Virus record (IMG/VR): IMGVR_UViG_3300021479_000013
Coordinates: 18,400 to 82,399 of that record
DNA length: 64,000 nt
From: a virus
Strand: one strand, 5' to 3'
Shown: positions 1-8,602 of the stretch, piece after piece
How positions within the stretch are numbered: the first letter of the stretch is position 1
Layout: each line of letters starts with the position of its first letter
The notes under the pieces: model-generated
Told to the model about the DNA's origin: nothing
Databases searched by the model: none
Seen by the model: only the letters and a program-made list of their open reading frames with translations
Translations under genes and position numbers: made by a program

Positions 1-1
1 C

Positions 2-1192
2 CTCGTTATCCTCTTCCGCGAAGATGTCGATATCCTCGTCGGACTTTGTGAAGTTCGTTTCCTTGTATCCTTGCTCTTTCAACACGAACGCGCGGAAGTA
101 AGGGTCGCTCCGGTCGTCGTGCGGGTATCGGACGCTAAACGTGTCCGGGTAGCTCTGAGACTTCCACGCGTTTACGATGCTGACGATCTGTCTTCCCGCG
201 ACCTTGCCAGCGTCTTCCGCCGATTCTACGGTGACGAATCCTGCGTTGAACTGCAGCCGCTGCTTCGTGACCACGCTCTCATCGCAAAAGGTTCCGTTCT
301 CGTTGAGCCAGACTTGCTTGCGTTCCTTTGCCACCTTGGTCTGCTCCGTCTTTCCGTTCTTCTGGCCCTGGACTCGCTCCATCTCTTCGACCAGGAAGTC
401 GTTCGCTAACAGCCAGATTCCGTCGTCCTCTACCATCGCGACCACGGCCTCCTGGCCAGCCTTCATGAATCCGGCGTCTTCGAGGAGGGTGACCGAGTAT
501 CCCTTTTGAATCGTCAGTCCCTTCTTAACGAACCAACACATCGCGACATCGCGAATTCCGCTGACCCACGAATACAGTCGTAGCTGTATATCGTACGCCG
601 CAATCCCGTACTGCTCCGGGAAGTCTGCTCCTGCTGTCTTGATGTCGACGATAATTGGTCGGAAGGCCCCGTACTCGGGCTTCCAGTCAAGCTTTGGCAG
701 CATGGGGTGCTGAGGCTCAACGAAGGCGACGACGTCGAGCCTTCCTTCGAATTCGATCTCTCCATAGTTGGCGTCTCCTGGGAATACTTCCTTCCCGTAG
801 ATTCTTTGGAACACCGACTGCCCGCCGAGCGGGATAGGAAGACTCGGCTGGCGAATCGCGTACAGCTTCAGCCAGTCGGTACCGATGCGTAGACACTGAG
901 CCCAATCTTTCTCCACGCGAGTATAGATGAGTTCTTTGTTTTCTCTGAATGCTCCCCACTGAGTTTCAAAATACTTCAACGAGCCTACGAGATCACCTCG
1001 ATTTTCGTGATAGTATTGAAAAGATGATTCAAATGCCTTTCCTAGCTCAAATCTAGCTAAGCAGTTCTTCTCACGCCATCCAAGGACTTTCTGAAGATAG
1101 TATTTATAATTACAGTGGTCCCACGTACTTCCCGCGCTGTAAGAGTGCTTACGATGTGGTTTTCCAGAGGTTCCGATATATAAAAAAGCCAT
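2..1192 (-). CDS. PD-(D/E)XK nuclease (RecB/AddB/Cas4-like), truncated by the window edge
   Basis: Missing from the ORF track because no stop lies in the window. Manual translation from ATG 1192: MAFLYIGTSGKPHRKHSYSAGSTWDHCNYKYYLQKVLG...FEGRLDVV...IIVDIKTAG...YDIQLRLYSW, with S-x-S..C..KY, GxxD, D-x-K and QLxxY motifs. Confidence 0.85.
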   Translation of the reverse strand, partial: MAFLYIGTSGKPHRKHSYSAGSTWDHCNYKYYLQKVLGWREKNCLARFELGKAFESSFQYYHENRGDLVGSLKYFETQWGAFRENKELIYTRVEKDWAQCLRIGTDWLKLYAIRQPSLPIPLGGQSVFQRIYGKEVFPGDANYGEIEFEGRLDVVAFVEPQHPMLPKLDWKPEYGAFRPIIVDIKTAGADFPEQYGIAAYDIQLRLYSWVSGIRDVAMCWFVKKGLTIQKGYSVTLLEDAGFMKAGQEAVVAMVEDDGIWLLANDFLVEEMERVQGQKNGKTEQTKVAKERKQVWLNENGTFCDESVVTKQRLQFNAGFVTVESAEDAGKVAGRQIVSIVNAWKSQSYPDTFSVRYPHDDRSDPYFRAFVLKEQGYKETNFTKSDEDIDIFAEEDNE

Positions 1193-1193
1193 A

Positions 1194-1691
1194 TTATTTT
1201 TCTCCGAGAATAAATCTCATAAACTTTTTCTTTGCCTCTGGTGAAAGAGACTTCAAATGCCCCTCTGCTGCATTGCATGATGGGTGTAAAAAGCCAAACC
1301 CTTCTCCCGTTTCGTGGCTGTGGTGATAGTTTGCTTTTAAAAAATCAAGAAGACTGCCACACGCTGCGCACAAATTATTTTGTTTCTTCCATTGCTCGAT
1401 CATGCATTCTGGTGTTTCTCTTATAGGAGAGTGGTTAAATCTCTCACTATTATGCCTAGCGGAGGTAATCAATTTTCTCATTCTCCCGAGCATCCCTGAT
1501 TTTGACCCGTCTCCTGCTCCCCATACTTTGGTACGAGCATAGGCGTATTGTCTTGGTGCCCAGCTTTTTCGGTATTTATTCCAAACAACCAAGTCATTGG
1601 TAACACCATAATCAGGCAAAATGACCTCGATATTTGCGAACTTTTTGGATTTGAAAGTATACAACTCATTAGCTATCTGCAGTCGCTTCAT
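1194..1691 (-). CDS. Endonuclease VII-like HNH protein, putative homing endonuclease
   Basis: Q..CAAC...HHSHETGEGFGFLHPSCNAAEG motif; AT-rich; inserted between helicase and nuclease. Confidence 0.75.
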   Translation of the reverse strand: MKRLQIANELYTFKSKKFANIEVILPDYGVTNDLVVWNKYRKSWAPRQYAYARTKVWGAGDGSKSGMLGRMRKLITSARHNSERFNHSPIRETPECMIEQWKKQNNLCAACGSLLDFLKANYHHSHETGEGFGFLHPSCNAAEGHLKSLSPEAKKKFMRFILGEK

Positions 1692-3313
1692 TCAATTTCT
1701 CCAAAAATCTCGATATTGTCCAAAAATTCATTCAAAAATTGGCTGCGATTTTTCGAGAAGCTTATCTGTAGCTCATCAGCCGCTCTGCTCGCGGCCACGA
1801 AAAAGATGCGGCTCTCTTCCATCAGCTCGCCGTCTTTGTGTGGCATAGTTCCCTGGTTGCAGCCGACGATAAATACGTGCTTGAATTCCCTGCCCTTCGC
1901 CTGATGGACCGTACTGAGAGTAAGGATAGGCTCAGTCTTGCTGCGGCGCATGAAGGTGATCTTGCGGAGCCAGTCTAAGAACTGCGGGACGGTTAGCGGC
2001 AGGCCTGTTTCCTTGCTCTTCCTTCCACCCATCCGGACGATATCGTTCAAGTTTTCAACTGGGTCCTTGTCCATAGCTCCCTTGGTATTGGTGTAACGGT
2101 AGACCAGGTTGTGTTCCTTGATTAGAGCTGTCATTACCACGGCGGCTGGCCTCGGGTCGCCTGCCTTTTCCTTGGTCAGGTCGATCAGGTGCTTGACCTC
2201 GTTCTCCTGCCAGACGTTCTTCTTGCCGAGAATTTCGGCCTTGATGTTTCTAGACATCGCGCGCCGTTGGATGAGCTGCAGCTGGCGGTTGGTGCGGGCC
2301 AGGACGGCTGACTCGTCGGTAATTCCGCGCTCGTTTATCTCGCTTAATACCTCGTTGGCCTCTTCGTCCTCGGAGCCGTAGCTGATAAATCGTAGCTCGT
2401 CTCGGATGTCGGCGGCTGACGGGCGCATCGAGACCATGTGACTCGCTAGGCCGTTGTCGACCGGCAGAATCTTCTTCAAGAAGTCTACCAGTCTAATAGT
2501 TGAGCGATAATTTTGGCCAAGATAAAGCGTTCTTGCTCCCGGGAATGACTTTGCAAAGTTAGAGAGATTTCCAGACTGCGCTGATCGCCATTCGTAGATA
2601 AGCTGATTTTCATCTCCGACCACGAAGATGTTTCCTCCGTAGAGGAGATTGAGGAGCCGGAACTGGGTCGTATCAGTGTCTTGACACTCGTCGACGGCGA
2701 TATACTTCCTAGTGTTTCTTGATCGAACTGCATCGTTATCCTCCAAAAGTTTTACGGTCTCTTTAATAAGCGAATCGAAGTCGAGCCAGCCTTGGAGCCG
2801 ACTTTTAATTTCATAGTCTCGGTAGGCCAGCGCGTAAAAGTAAGTTATCCCGCCGCTGAATTCCTGTTCCATAGCCTGCTCCGGACTGACGTTCCCGGCC
2901 TTCCACTCGCTGATGCGGTCAGAGAGCGCGCGGTACGAGGTGATAGGAGGGTAGACCTTTAAAAGTTCCTTAATTAATAAAAAAGATTCGCCTCTAACAG
3001 GTATGATACTTTGGCAGGTTGAGAACGGAAGAAACTGCCTCTCTCTCTTGAGCAAATCTAAACAGAAACTGTGGAAAGTTCTAAAAACGTCGGCGGAATT
3101 AAAAAGACCTACCCTATCGATCATCTCTTTTGCGGCTCCGCTAGTAAAAGTTAAATTCAGTATATCCTTATCGGGTATACCCCGATCTCGCATCCTTCTA
3201 TACCGCTCTACCATGACACGCGTTTTTCCGCTCCCAGGCCCACTTATGACAACGAAGTCGCCGTCAATTGAGTCAACCGCTGTCCGTTGTTCTAAATTGA
3301 GAGTTAAGGTCAC
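1688..3313 (-). CDS. UvrD/Rep/PcrA-like SF1 helicase
   Basis: LNLEQ, SGPGSGKT, LTFT, TFHSF, VDECQD, VGDENQLIYEWR, NYRS, LARTN, STVHQAKGREF, EESRIFFVAASRA motifs. Confidence 0.95.
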   Translation of the reverse strand: MTLTLNLEQRTAVDSIDGDFVVISGPGSGKTRVMVERYRRMRDRGIPDKDILNLTFTSGAAKEMIDRVGLFNSADVFRTFHSFCLDLLKRERQFLPFSTCQSIIPVRGESFLLIKELLKVYPPITSYRALSDRISEWKAGNVSPEQAMEQEFSGGITYFYALAYRDYEIKSRLQGWLDFDSLIKETVKLLEDNDAVRSRNTRKYIAVDECQDTDTTQFRLLNLLYGGNIFVVGDENQLIYEWRSAQSGNLSNFAKSFPGARTLYLGQNYRSTIRLVDFLKKILPVDNGLASHMVSMRPSAADIRDELRFISYGSEDEEANEVLSEINERGITDESAVLARTNRQLQLIQRRAMSRNIKAEILGKKNVWQENEVKHLIDLTKEKAGDPRPAAVVMTALIKEHNLVYRYTNTKGAMDKDPVENLNDIVRMGGRKSKETGLPLTVPQFLDWLRKITFMRRSKTEPILTLSTVHQAKGREFKHVFIVGCNQGTMPHKDGELMEESRIFFVAASRAADELQISFSKNRSQFLNEFLDNIEIFGEIE

Positions 3314-3320
3314 AGGTATT

Positions 3321-3569
3321 TTACATCCTCTCCCAGGCTAGCCTTCGGCTCGTCTGCGGGGTGAAGTTTTCCCGCCTCCCCGCCTCACGGTCTGTGTAGT
3401 AATCCGCGTCTTCCACAGCGGTGACGATGATCTCGTCGGTGCACGGGTACTTCGGATGCGCGATGTCGCGCTTCACTAGAGTGCACCGAGTGAACTCGCA
3501 TTCTTCCTTGCGGTCCAGCTTAGAAATTAGAGAGAGCAGATTGCGTCTGGTTAGGTATACGTGTTGCAT
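3321..3569 (-). CDS. Hypothetical protein
   Basis: Tightly packed ORF between the SSAP and helicase genes. Confidence 0.6.
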   Translation of the reverse strand: MQHVYLTRRNLLSLISKLDRKEECEFTRCTLVKRDIAHPKYPCTDEIIVTAVEDADYYTDREAGRRENFTPQTSRRLAWERM

Positions 3570-4831
3570 TACTTCACCCCCAGGCTGTCATTGATGTACT
3601 TGACCAGGCCCTTAACTGTGTTCTGACTTACGAATCCGTCGAACCAGGAGAGAGTATCTTCCCACTGGTCTGTGGACATGAACTGAGGCGCTATGCCAGA
3701 TGTCTTGGTGATGAACGCGCGCATCTTTTGAACGCTTCCAAGATTCTCGCTAGAAGGAAGCTGCGAGGTAAACACCGAAACCCGCTTCCGGTAATCGGCC
3801 ATCTGTGCGTCGGTAGGCTTTCCTGGGAACTCTGTACCCATTAAGGCCGCTGGGGTAGCTACTGGCGGCACAGGGGCGGGCTGAGGCGCGACATCTGGGG
3901 CTTGTGGCGGTGCAGCAACAACCGCTTGCGTTGGCACGGTAGGAAAGAGAAACTTGTTGACGGCACCTTGGCGGACCTCTTGCGGGTCGGGTGTCGAGAC
4001 AGTCTCGGGCTCCACGTCCATGCTCACGGTATTCTTTTGACGACGGGCGCGGCGGGGGCGCGTAGGTTCCTCTGGAGTGCTCTCAAATGCCTCTGGCTGC
4101 TCCACAGCGGCCTGTACAGCGCCTTCGTCCCTAGCGTTGAGGAAAGCGGCTGCATTCTTGCGAAGGGCCTCCTGCTGGGCTACAAATTCGTTCTGGGCGG
4201 CTTGTACAGACGTCACAGTCGCGAAATCTCTCAATTCTGGTGCGAACCTGTCCTCGTGCGTCACTTTGCCTGTCTCTACGAGTTTCCCCGGCGCATTATT
4301 TGCGACCGCAGGAGTCGGAGGGATGACCATCGGACTGCCAGAAAGTGTCGCCTGGGACGCGGGGTTCGAAAGGTCGCCCACTGTCGCGCGGACTTCGCTT
4401 TCATCCAAGATTCCGAGAGAGGTGAACTGCATGGTGAGTCGACGGGTCGACCGCGTGGAGGCAGTCATAATGCCGTCATCAAGTGATTTACCTGAAAGGT
4501 TATCGATGAACTTGGAGCCTGTCGCGATCTCCTGACGCCCTTCTTTATTCTTGCCTGTGGCGGTGAAGACGATACTGCCCTTGACCATCTTGTCTGTTAG
4601 GGAGTCGACGTTAATGCCCAAATTTTTTCGAAGGATTTCGGCGGTGCCACGGCGCGCGTAAATGACCAGCGACTTGCCGGGTCCGGATTCGTTGTCCATC
4701 CAGATTGTGTCCAGCGCCGACAAGTCTGGGTCTAGGCCGATGAACTCGCTGACGTCGCGGAGGTACTGCGTGAGCTGTTCCGCGCTCATCTTGGAAAGGT
4801 CGTGCTGAATGACAAGTTTCTGTTTGCTCAT
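3569..4831 (-). CDS. Putative ssDNA-annealing recombinase (RecT/Red-beta/Rad52-like) with Pro/Ala-rich linker
   Basis: DLSKMS..Q...Y......GLDP...IYARRG..E.LR...GR.E...G...MTA.TR..RR......LGILDESEV pattern of phage SSAPs; ATG 4831 with GAGG RBS; context next to helicase and nuclease. Confidence 0.7.
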   Translation of the reverse strand: MSKQKLVIQHDLSKMSAEQLTQYLRDVSEFIGLDPDLSALDTIWMDNESGPGKSLVIYARRGTAEILRKNLGINVDSLTDKMVKGSIVFTATGKNKEGRQEIATGSKFIDNLSGKSLDDGIMTASTRSTRRLTMQFTSLGILDESEVRATVGDLSNPASQATLSGSPMVIPPTPAVANNAPGKLVETGKVTHEDRFAPELRDFATVTSVQAAQNEFVAQQEALRKNAAAFLNARDEGAVQAAVEQPEAFESTPEEPTRPRRARRQKNTVSMDVEPETVSTPDPQEVRQGAVNKFLFPTVPTQAVVAAPPQAPDVAPQPAPVPPVATPAALMGTEFPGKPTDAQMADYRKRVSVFTSQLPSSENLGSVQKMRAFITKTSGIAPQFMSTDQWEDTLSWFDGFVSQNTVKGLVKYINDSLGVK

Positions 4832-4849
4832 ATTTTCCTCACTTTCGAG

Positions 4850-4878
4850 ATAATAGCACAATAATTCTAAATTGTCAA
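4850..4878 (-). promoter_or_regulatory. Sigma70-type promoter for the recombination genes
   Basis: TTGACA-N17-TATTAT with extended TG. Confidence 0.75.
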
Positions 4879-5123
4879 GGTATTTGTAACGTGTCTTCCA
4901 CGATCTCTACCAGAAGCTGGTCCAGAGACTTCGAGGACATCCTAATGTTAAGCTTGGCGCTCGCTTGGACCCTTCCGCCGATCTTTTGAAGACACGCGAA
5001 TCCTGACCGGTAGGCGAATTCGAGCGCGTCCTCTATCGTTTCCGCTTCCGATAGGAAGGTGAACTCGGTCGTGTAAACCATATCCTTCTTGCGACTCCAA
5101 CACCTCAGCGTCCACCGTCTCAT
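4875..5123 (-). CDS. Hypothetical protein
   Basis: ATGA overlap with the upstream gene. Confidence 0.55.
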   Translation of the reverse strand: MRRWTLRCWSRKKDMVYTTEFTFLSEAETIEDALEFAYRSGFACLQKIGGRVQASAKLNIRMSSKSLDQLLVEIVEDTLQIP

Positions 5124-5425
5124 TGCGGGGTGTCCAAGTGGTTGTGCGGCGCTGTGGTAACGCTGATATCTGAGTTATCGTTGCCGAGGCCGAGGAGGAT
5201 GAGCACACGTGCGTCCGGCGCGCGGACTACCTGCCAGTCGTGCGTTCCGGCGATGTCTCGAAGAATAGACTGCGTTTCCGCCCAAGTCTTACCTGGCTGG
5301 TAGCCGTGGGACAAAAGTGCGGATTGAATCTGCTTGACGCGTTTGGCGTCCGGCTGCGTTTGGGCCGCGTGTAACATGCCCGTGATAATTAACACGGCCA
5401 AGGTAGCTAAAATTGCTCGTCTCAT
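5120..5425 (-). CDS. Secreted protein with a peptidoglycan-binding-like domain
   Basis: Signal peptide MRRAILATLAVLIITGMLHA; R.KQIQ.AL...GY...WQ....PDARVL..LGLG pattern; adjacent to the SLT gene. Confidence 0.6.
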   Translation of the reverse strand: MRRAILATLAVLIITGMLHAAQTQPDAKRVKQIQSALLSHGYQPGKTWAETQSILRDIAGTHDWQVVRAPDARVLILLGLGNDNSDISVTTAPHNHLDTPQ

Positions 5426-5967
5426 TGGTACCTCGCTGCCGTCAGAACTTTAGTCGAGTACGTATTGGTGTGATCTCCGAAACCGTTGTACGCGTGAAGG
5501 CCTTCTTCCACGCCGTACCGCTTGATATAGCCTTTCAAGATTCCGCATCCGACCGCCAGGTTCACAGCCGGGTCTAGAAGCTGTCGTTTGGAGTACCGCT
5601 TGTAAAGCGGGTAGTGTACCTGCATCAGTCCGATATCCTTCGTGCTGGACTCCGCGTCCGGCTTGCAGGACGATTCCACGAAGATGAGTGCGGCGAGAAT
5701 CCTGGGAGAGATTCCCATCTCGACCGCAAACTTCCCCGTCAGAAGAGAGTAGTTGTCGCCGCACCCGTTGTAACGGTAGATGTCGCGCGCGATCACCGCC
5801 GCCCTGGCGTACCGCTTCTCTAACAGCTCTTGCTTAAAGGATTCCTTCGCCTGGTCAACCGTGAGCGGTCTTGCCAGGACAGGTTTAACGTCCGGAGTTC
5901 CGTACTTGTCGTAGAATAAACAACCGAACATGCCTGTTATAAACATCAGAGACAGTAGTTTGTTCAT
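5422..5967 (-). CDS. Lytic transglycosylase (SLT domain) with N-terminal hydrophobic anchor
   Basis: ILAALIFVESS, IGLMQV, LLDPAVNL..G..IL and AYNG motifs. Confidence 0.9.
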   Translation of the reverse strand: MNKLLSLMFITGMFGCLFYDKYGTPDVKPVLARPLTVDQAKESFKQELLEKRYARAAVIARDIYRYNGCGDNYSLLTGKFAVEMGISPRILAALIFVESSCKPDAESSTKDIGLMQVHYPLYKRYSKRQLLDPAVNLAVGCGILKGYIKRYGVEEGLHAYNGFGDHTNTYSTKVLTAARYQ

Positions 5968-5973
5968 GGTCAA

Positions 5974-6003
5974 ATCGTATCACATCCCGTCTTTGTTTGT
6001 CAA
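5974..6003 (-). promoter_or_regulatory. Sigma70-type promoter, probably giving a leaderless SLT mRNA
   Basis: TTGACA-N18-TACGAT with extended TG; ATG begins 7 nt after the -10; no RBS. Confidence 0.65.
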
Positions 6004-6177
6004 GTCCTTTTTACATCGGCATGTCTTGATAGGGACCCGGTCGCCCGCCTTTAAATTGCAGGGCATGCAGTCAGAAATACCGAAGGCGCTGTGCGTCAGT
6101 TTTTCTATTTCCCAGTTGTATTCTTTGCCGCATACGCAGACCCAGATGAACATCGGAACAAATTTAATTTCTTCCAT
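5980..6177 (-). CDS. Small Cys-rich hypothetical protein
   Basis: CxC..., CxxC, CxC motifs; GAGG RBS. Confidence 0.5.
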   Translation of the reverse strand: MEEIKFVPMFIWVCVCGKEYNWEIEKLTHSAFGISDCMPCNLKAGDRVPIKTCRCKKDLTNKDGM

Positions 6178-6263
6178 TATGTCCTCTCAGATAAAAATAA
6201 GCCCTTCGTATCAGTTTTATAGAATCCTTCAACAAGCCCAACGTGTTCGCTAATCATTTTTCC

Positions 6264-7409
6264 TCATTTGTGGTAATAGGGGTCGGAATAGCCATCTGCA
6301 CCCAGAAGAAGGCCATCTGCCCAAGATATTGGTTGACTCATTATAGAAATCATGGTCTCCACTGCCGGGCTTAGAATATCATTCTCAACTACACATATCT
6401 GCTCATCGTGGACATGACCTATCGTGCTACCCGGCTCAAGGGCCTCTATCTCGATTAATTTGCAGGCCAAAATATCTCTGGCGATTCCCTGGACCAAGTT
6501 CTCGAATAGTTTTCCGCCGTGTGTGCTTATGTGGGGGTGCCACTTCTTTGTCTTCTGATTCGTCCCCCCGTAGATTAGAGAGTCGCGATACACGTCAATC
6601 TCGTTACCGTCGTCGTCCTGAGTTTTCCACGGCATCAGCGTCGGCTCTAGTCTGGCGTCTAGATAGTGGAGCATCCGTCCGCTAGGAAGCCTCATACGCA
6701 TCATTGGCTCTCGTTCTTTATTGCCTTGTGCGTCTATGAAGTTCACGCGGTCGATTACGACGCACCCGTTCGGGCCTATCTTACGAATTGTGGCCGGGTG
6801 GTCTGGATGCATCACATCCGCTACCGCTAGCTCTAGCATCTTCCAGATACCATTTTTGGGGTCGCATATTTCTGGATAAGAGTTACGGAAGACATCGCTG
6901 GCTTCGCCTGCCTGCTCTTGGGACATCTCTACGTTCATCGCATCCCCGTATCCCCACAAACCGGTCTTGATGCGGTCGCGAATCTCTTCGCAGTGACAGT
7001 ACTTCTTACCGACCTTCTTTACCTTGCCGTTCTGCTGAGTGTAAGTGTCCTTTGCGTTGCAATCGTCCCCGTGGTTTTTGTATGAGTCTGGGGACTTTCC
7101 CCATCCGCCGCCTGCCATTCTATAAATAGAGGCCAGCACAGGAACCTTCGCAATTTGACGCCTACGCTTAGCTATGCCTTGGCGCTCTTTGCCGTTCTTG
7201 CCTTTATAGTCCGCGTAAATATTGTCGTATTCTAGGCCCCATATCTTGCATGAGAACGAGAGATACGGGCATCGTCCAACCGGATGATATTCTCCAAACT
7301 GATCTGTGTACGGTTCGAAGACTTTCATCAGGTCTACGCAGTTTGCTAGCCATGCTCCGACCCTGGTTTCGATGGCATTTAGGTCTACCACTTGAAGGCG
7401 CTGGCTCAT
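6264..7409 (-). CDS. Family A DNA polymerase, C-terminal part (motifs A, B, C)
   Basis: VVDLNAIETRV (A), RQIAKVPVLASIY (B), LPSGR, GGKLFENLVQGIARD, HVHDE (C). Confidence 0.92.
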   Translation of the reverse strand: MSQRLQVVDLNAIETRVGAWLANCVDLMKVFEPYTDQFGEYHPVGRCPYLSFSCKIWGLEYDNIYADYKGKNGKERQGIAKRRRQIAKVPVLASIYRMAGGGWGKSPDSYKNHGDDCNAKDTYTQQNGKVKKVGKKYCHCEEIRDRIKTGLWGYGDAMNVEMSQEQAGEASDVFRNSYPEICDPKNGIWKMLELAVADVMHPDHPATIRKIGPNGCVVIDRVNFIDAQGNKEREPMMRMRLPSGRMLHYLDARLEPTLMPWKTQDDDGNEIDVYRDSLIYGGTNQKTKKWHPHISTHGGKLFENLVQGIARDILACKLIEIEALEPGSTIGHVHDEQICVVENDILSPAVETMISIMSQPISWADGLLLGADGYSDPYYHK

Positions 7410-8602
7410 ATAGAGAACACCGTTCGAATCAGAGATTTTATCGTAAGCAAAACGCTTCCATACTTCGACTTGATTCCCTCGTAATCTTCCGCGTAAATCA
7501 TCGCACGAGCCTCTTTCACGGTGCTCTGATCTTCGAAGTCGAACCCGTTTAATTTATCTGGAGGCAGCGGCCTGGCCATATTTTGAAGCTGAACCGAGCT
7601 ACCGCTCCAACGACCACAGCGACTAGCTCCCATAAATATAAACTGACCGCGCAATCTTCCGTCAGGCGATACGCACTCGATAATCTTGCCCAGCTTCTGA
7701 TAGCTAGTGCTGGCTGCCTCTGCGCGCATCTTCAAAGCCGTCCTGCAAGCGTCGGTCAGCTTGATGTCTGGGTCCTTCAAGACCGATGTGACTGTGTCCT
7801 TACGCAAGGTGCCGTAAGGGTAGCCTTGGGTCTTGGCCCACTTCTTGACATGGTCCGGTGAGTTGGCGTTCAATACGCCTGTCATCTTCTCGAAGTTTAG
7901 CTTGGCCTCTTCCTTCGCGCGGACGGCCAGCTTGTACATCTTGCGTACGAATTCTACGTCGACGGGCATCCCTCTGTCGTTAATTTTCTGGTCCAGTATC
8001 CACAGCTTCTGCTCAAACTCTGGCAGCGGGAGGGCCTTCAAGATTCGTATCCGACGGAGTAGCTCGCCTTCAGCGACAACGTCTTGCCTGCCGTAAGCGA
8101 GGAATTCTTCCCACTCCTTCGGGTGTGAATTCCAGTCGTTGTAATATTCCTTCGCGGGATTTTTCTTGGTGGCCTTGGTGATGACCTTGTCGCAGAACAG
8201 CTTAATCAGCGCGTCGCCGCGCGGGTCCTTAGATAGGTGCGGGGGGACTCCCAGGACTTCGCACTGCACGTCCAAGCTGGCGGGTAGAGACAGATAACGC
8301 CCGCCGACCTGGGGGTCGATGAACCGGCTGGCGGGGATGTCGTATCCCAGCTTTTTAAGACCGTACCTCTCGAACGCGGAATTGAATGCCACTAAATACA
8401 CGTCCGGATGATTGATAGCTTGCCATAGTTCGTTGTGAATTTGCTCGCCTTCCCAGATGCGCCAGCATTTATATTCGCCGCTTCCGATCTTGAACCACAG
8501 GAATAAAAGCTCCGTGTCCGGGTGAAAGATGTAATTGTGTAGCCCTCGGTCACTGGGACCGAAGGTGCTGCGGCTCTCGAAGTCGATGTGAAGTTCGATC
8601 AC
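7406..8602 (-). CDS. Family A DNA polymerase, N-terminal part (3'-5' exonuclease plus thumb)
   Basis: IDFESRS, AFNSAFER, YGRQDV, DQKINDRG..VD, GRWSG..VQLQN; ends IKSLIRTVFSI. Confidence 0.92.
   Translation of the reverse strand: MIELHIDFESRSTFGPSDRGLHNYIFHPDTELLFLWFKIGSGEYKCWRIWEGEQIHNELWQAINHPDVYLVAFNSAFERYGLKKLGYDIPASRFIDPQVGGRYLSLPASLDVQCEVLGVPPHLSKDPRGDALIKLFCDKVITKATKKNPAKEYYNDWNSHPKEWEEFLAYGRQDVVAEGELLRRIRILKALPLPEFEQKLWILDQKINDRGMPVDVEFVRKMYKLAVRAKEEAKLNFEKMTGVLNANSPDHVKKWAKTQGYPYGTLRKDTVTSVLKDPDIKLTDACRTALKMRAEAASTSYQKLGKIIECVSPDGRLRGQFIFMGASRCGRWSGSSVQLQNMARPLPPDKLNGFDFEDQSTVKEARAMIYAEDYEGIKSKYGSVLLTIKSLIRTVFSI

Noticed and set aside
2-1192. Cas4 of a CRISPR system
   Set aside because: The four-Cys cluster is not evident, no cas genes or array are present, and the context is recombination.
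7380-7440. Intron, intein or stop-codon recoding at the polymerase split
   Set aside because: There is no intervening sequence or intein terminus, the halves are in different frames so readthrough would not join them, and TAA, TAG and TGA all end genes normally elsewhere.
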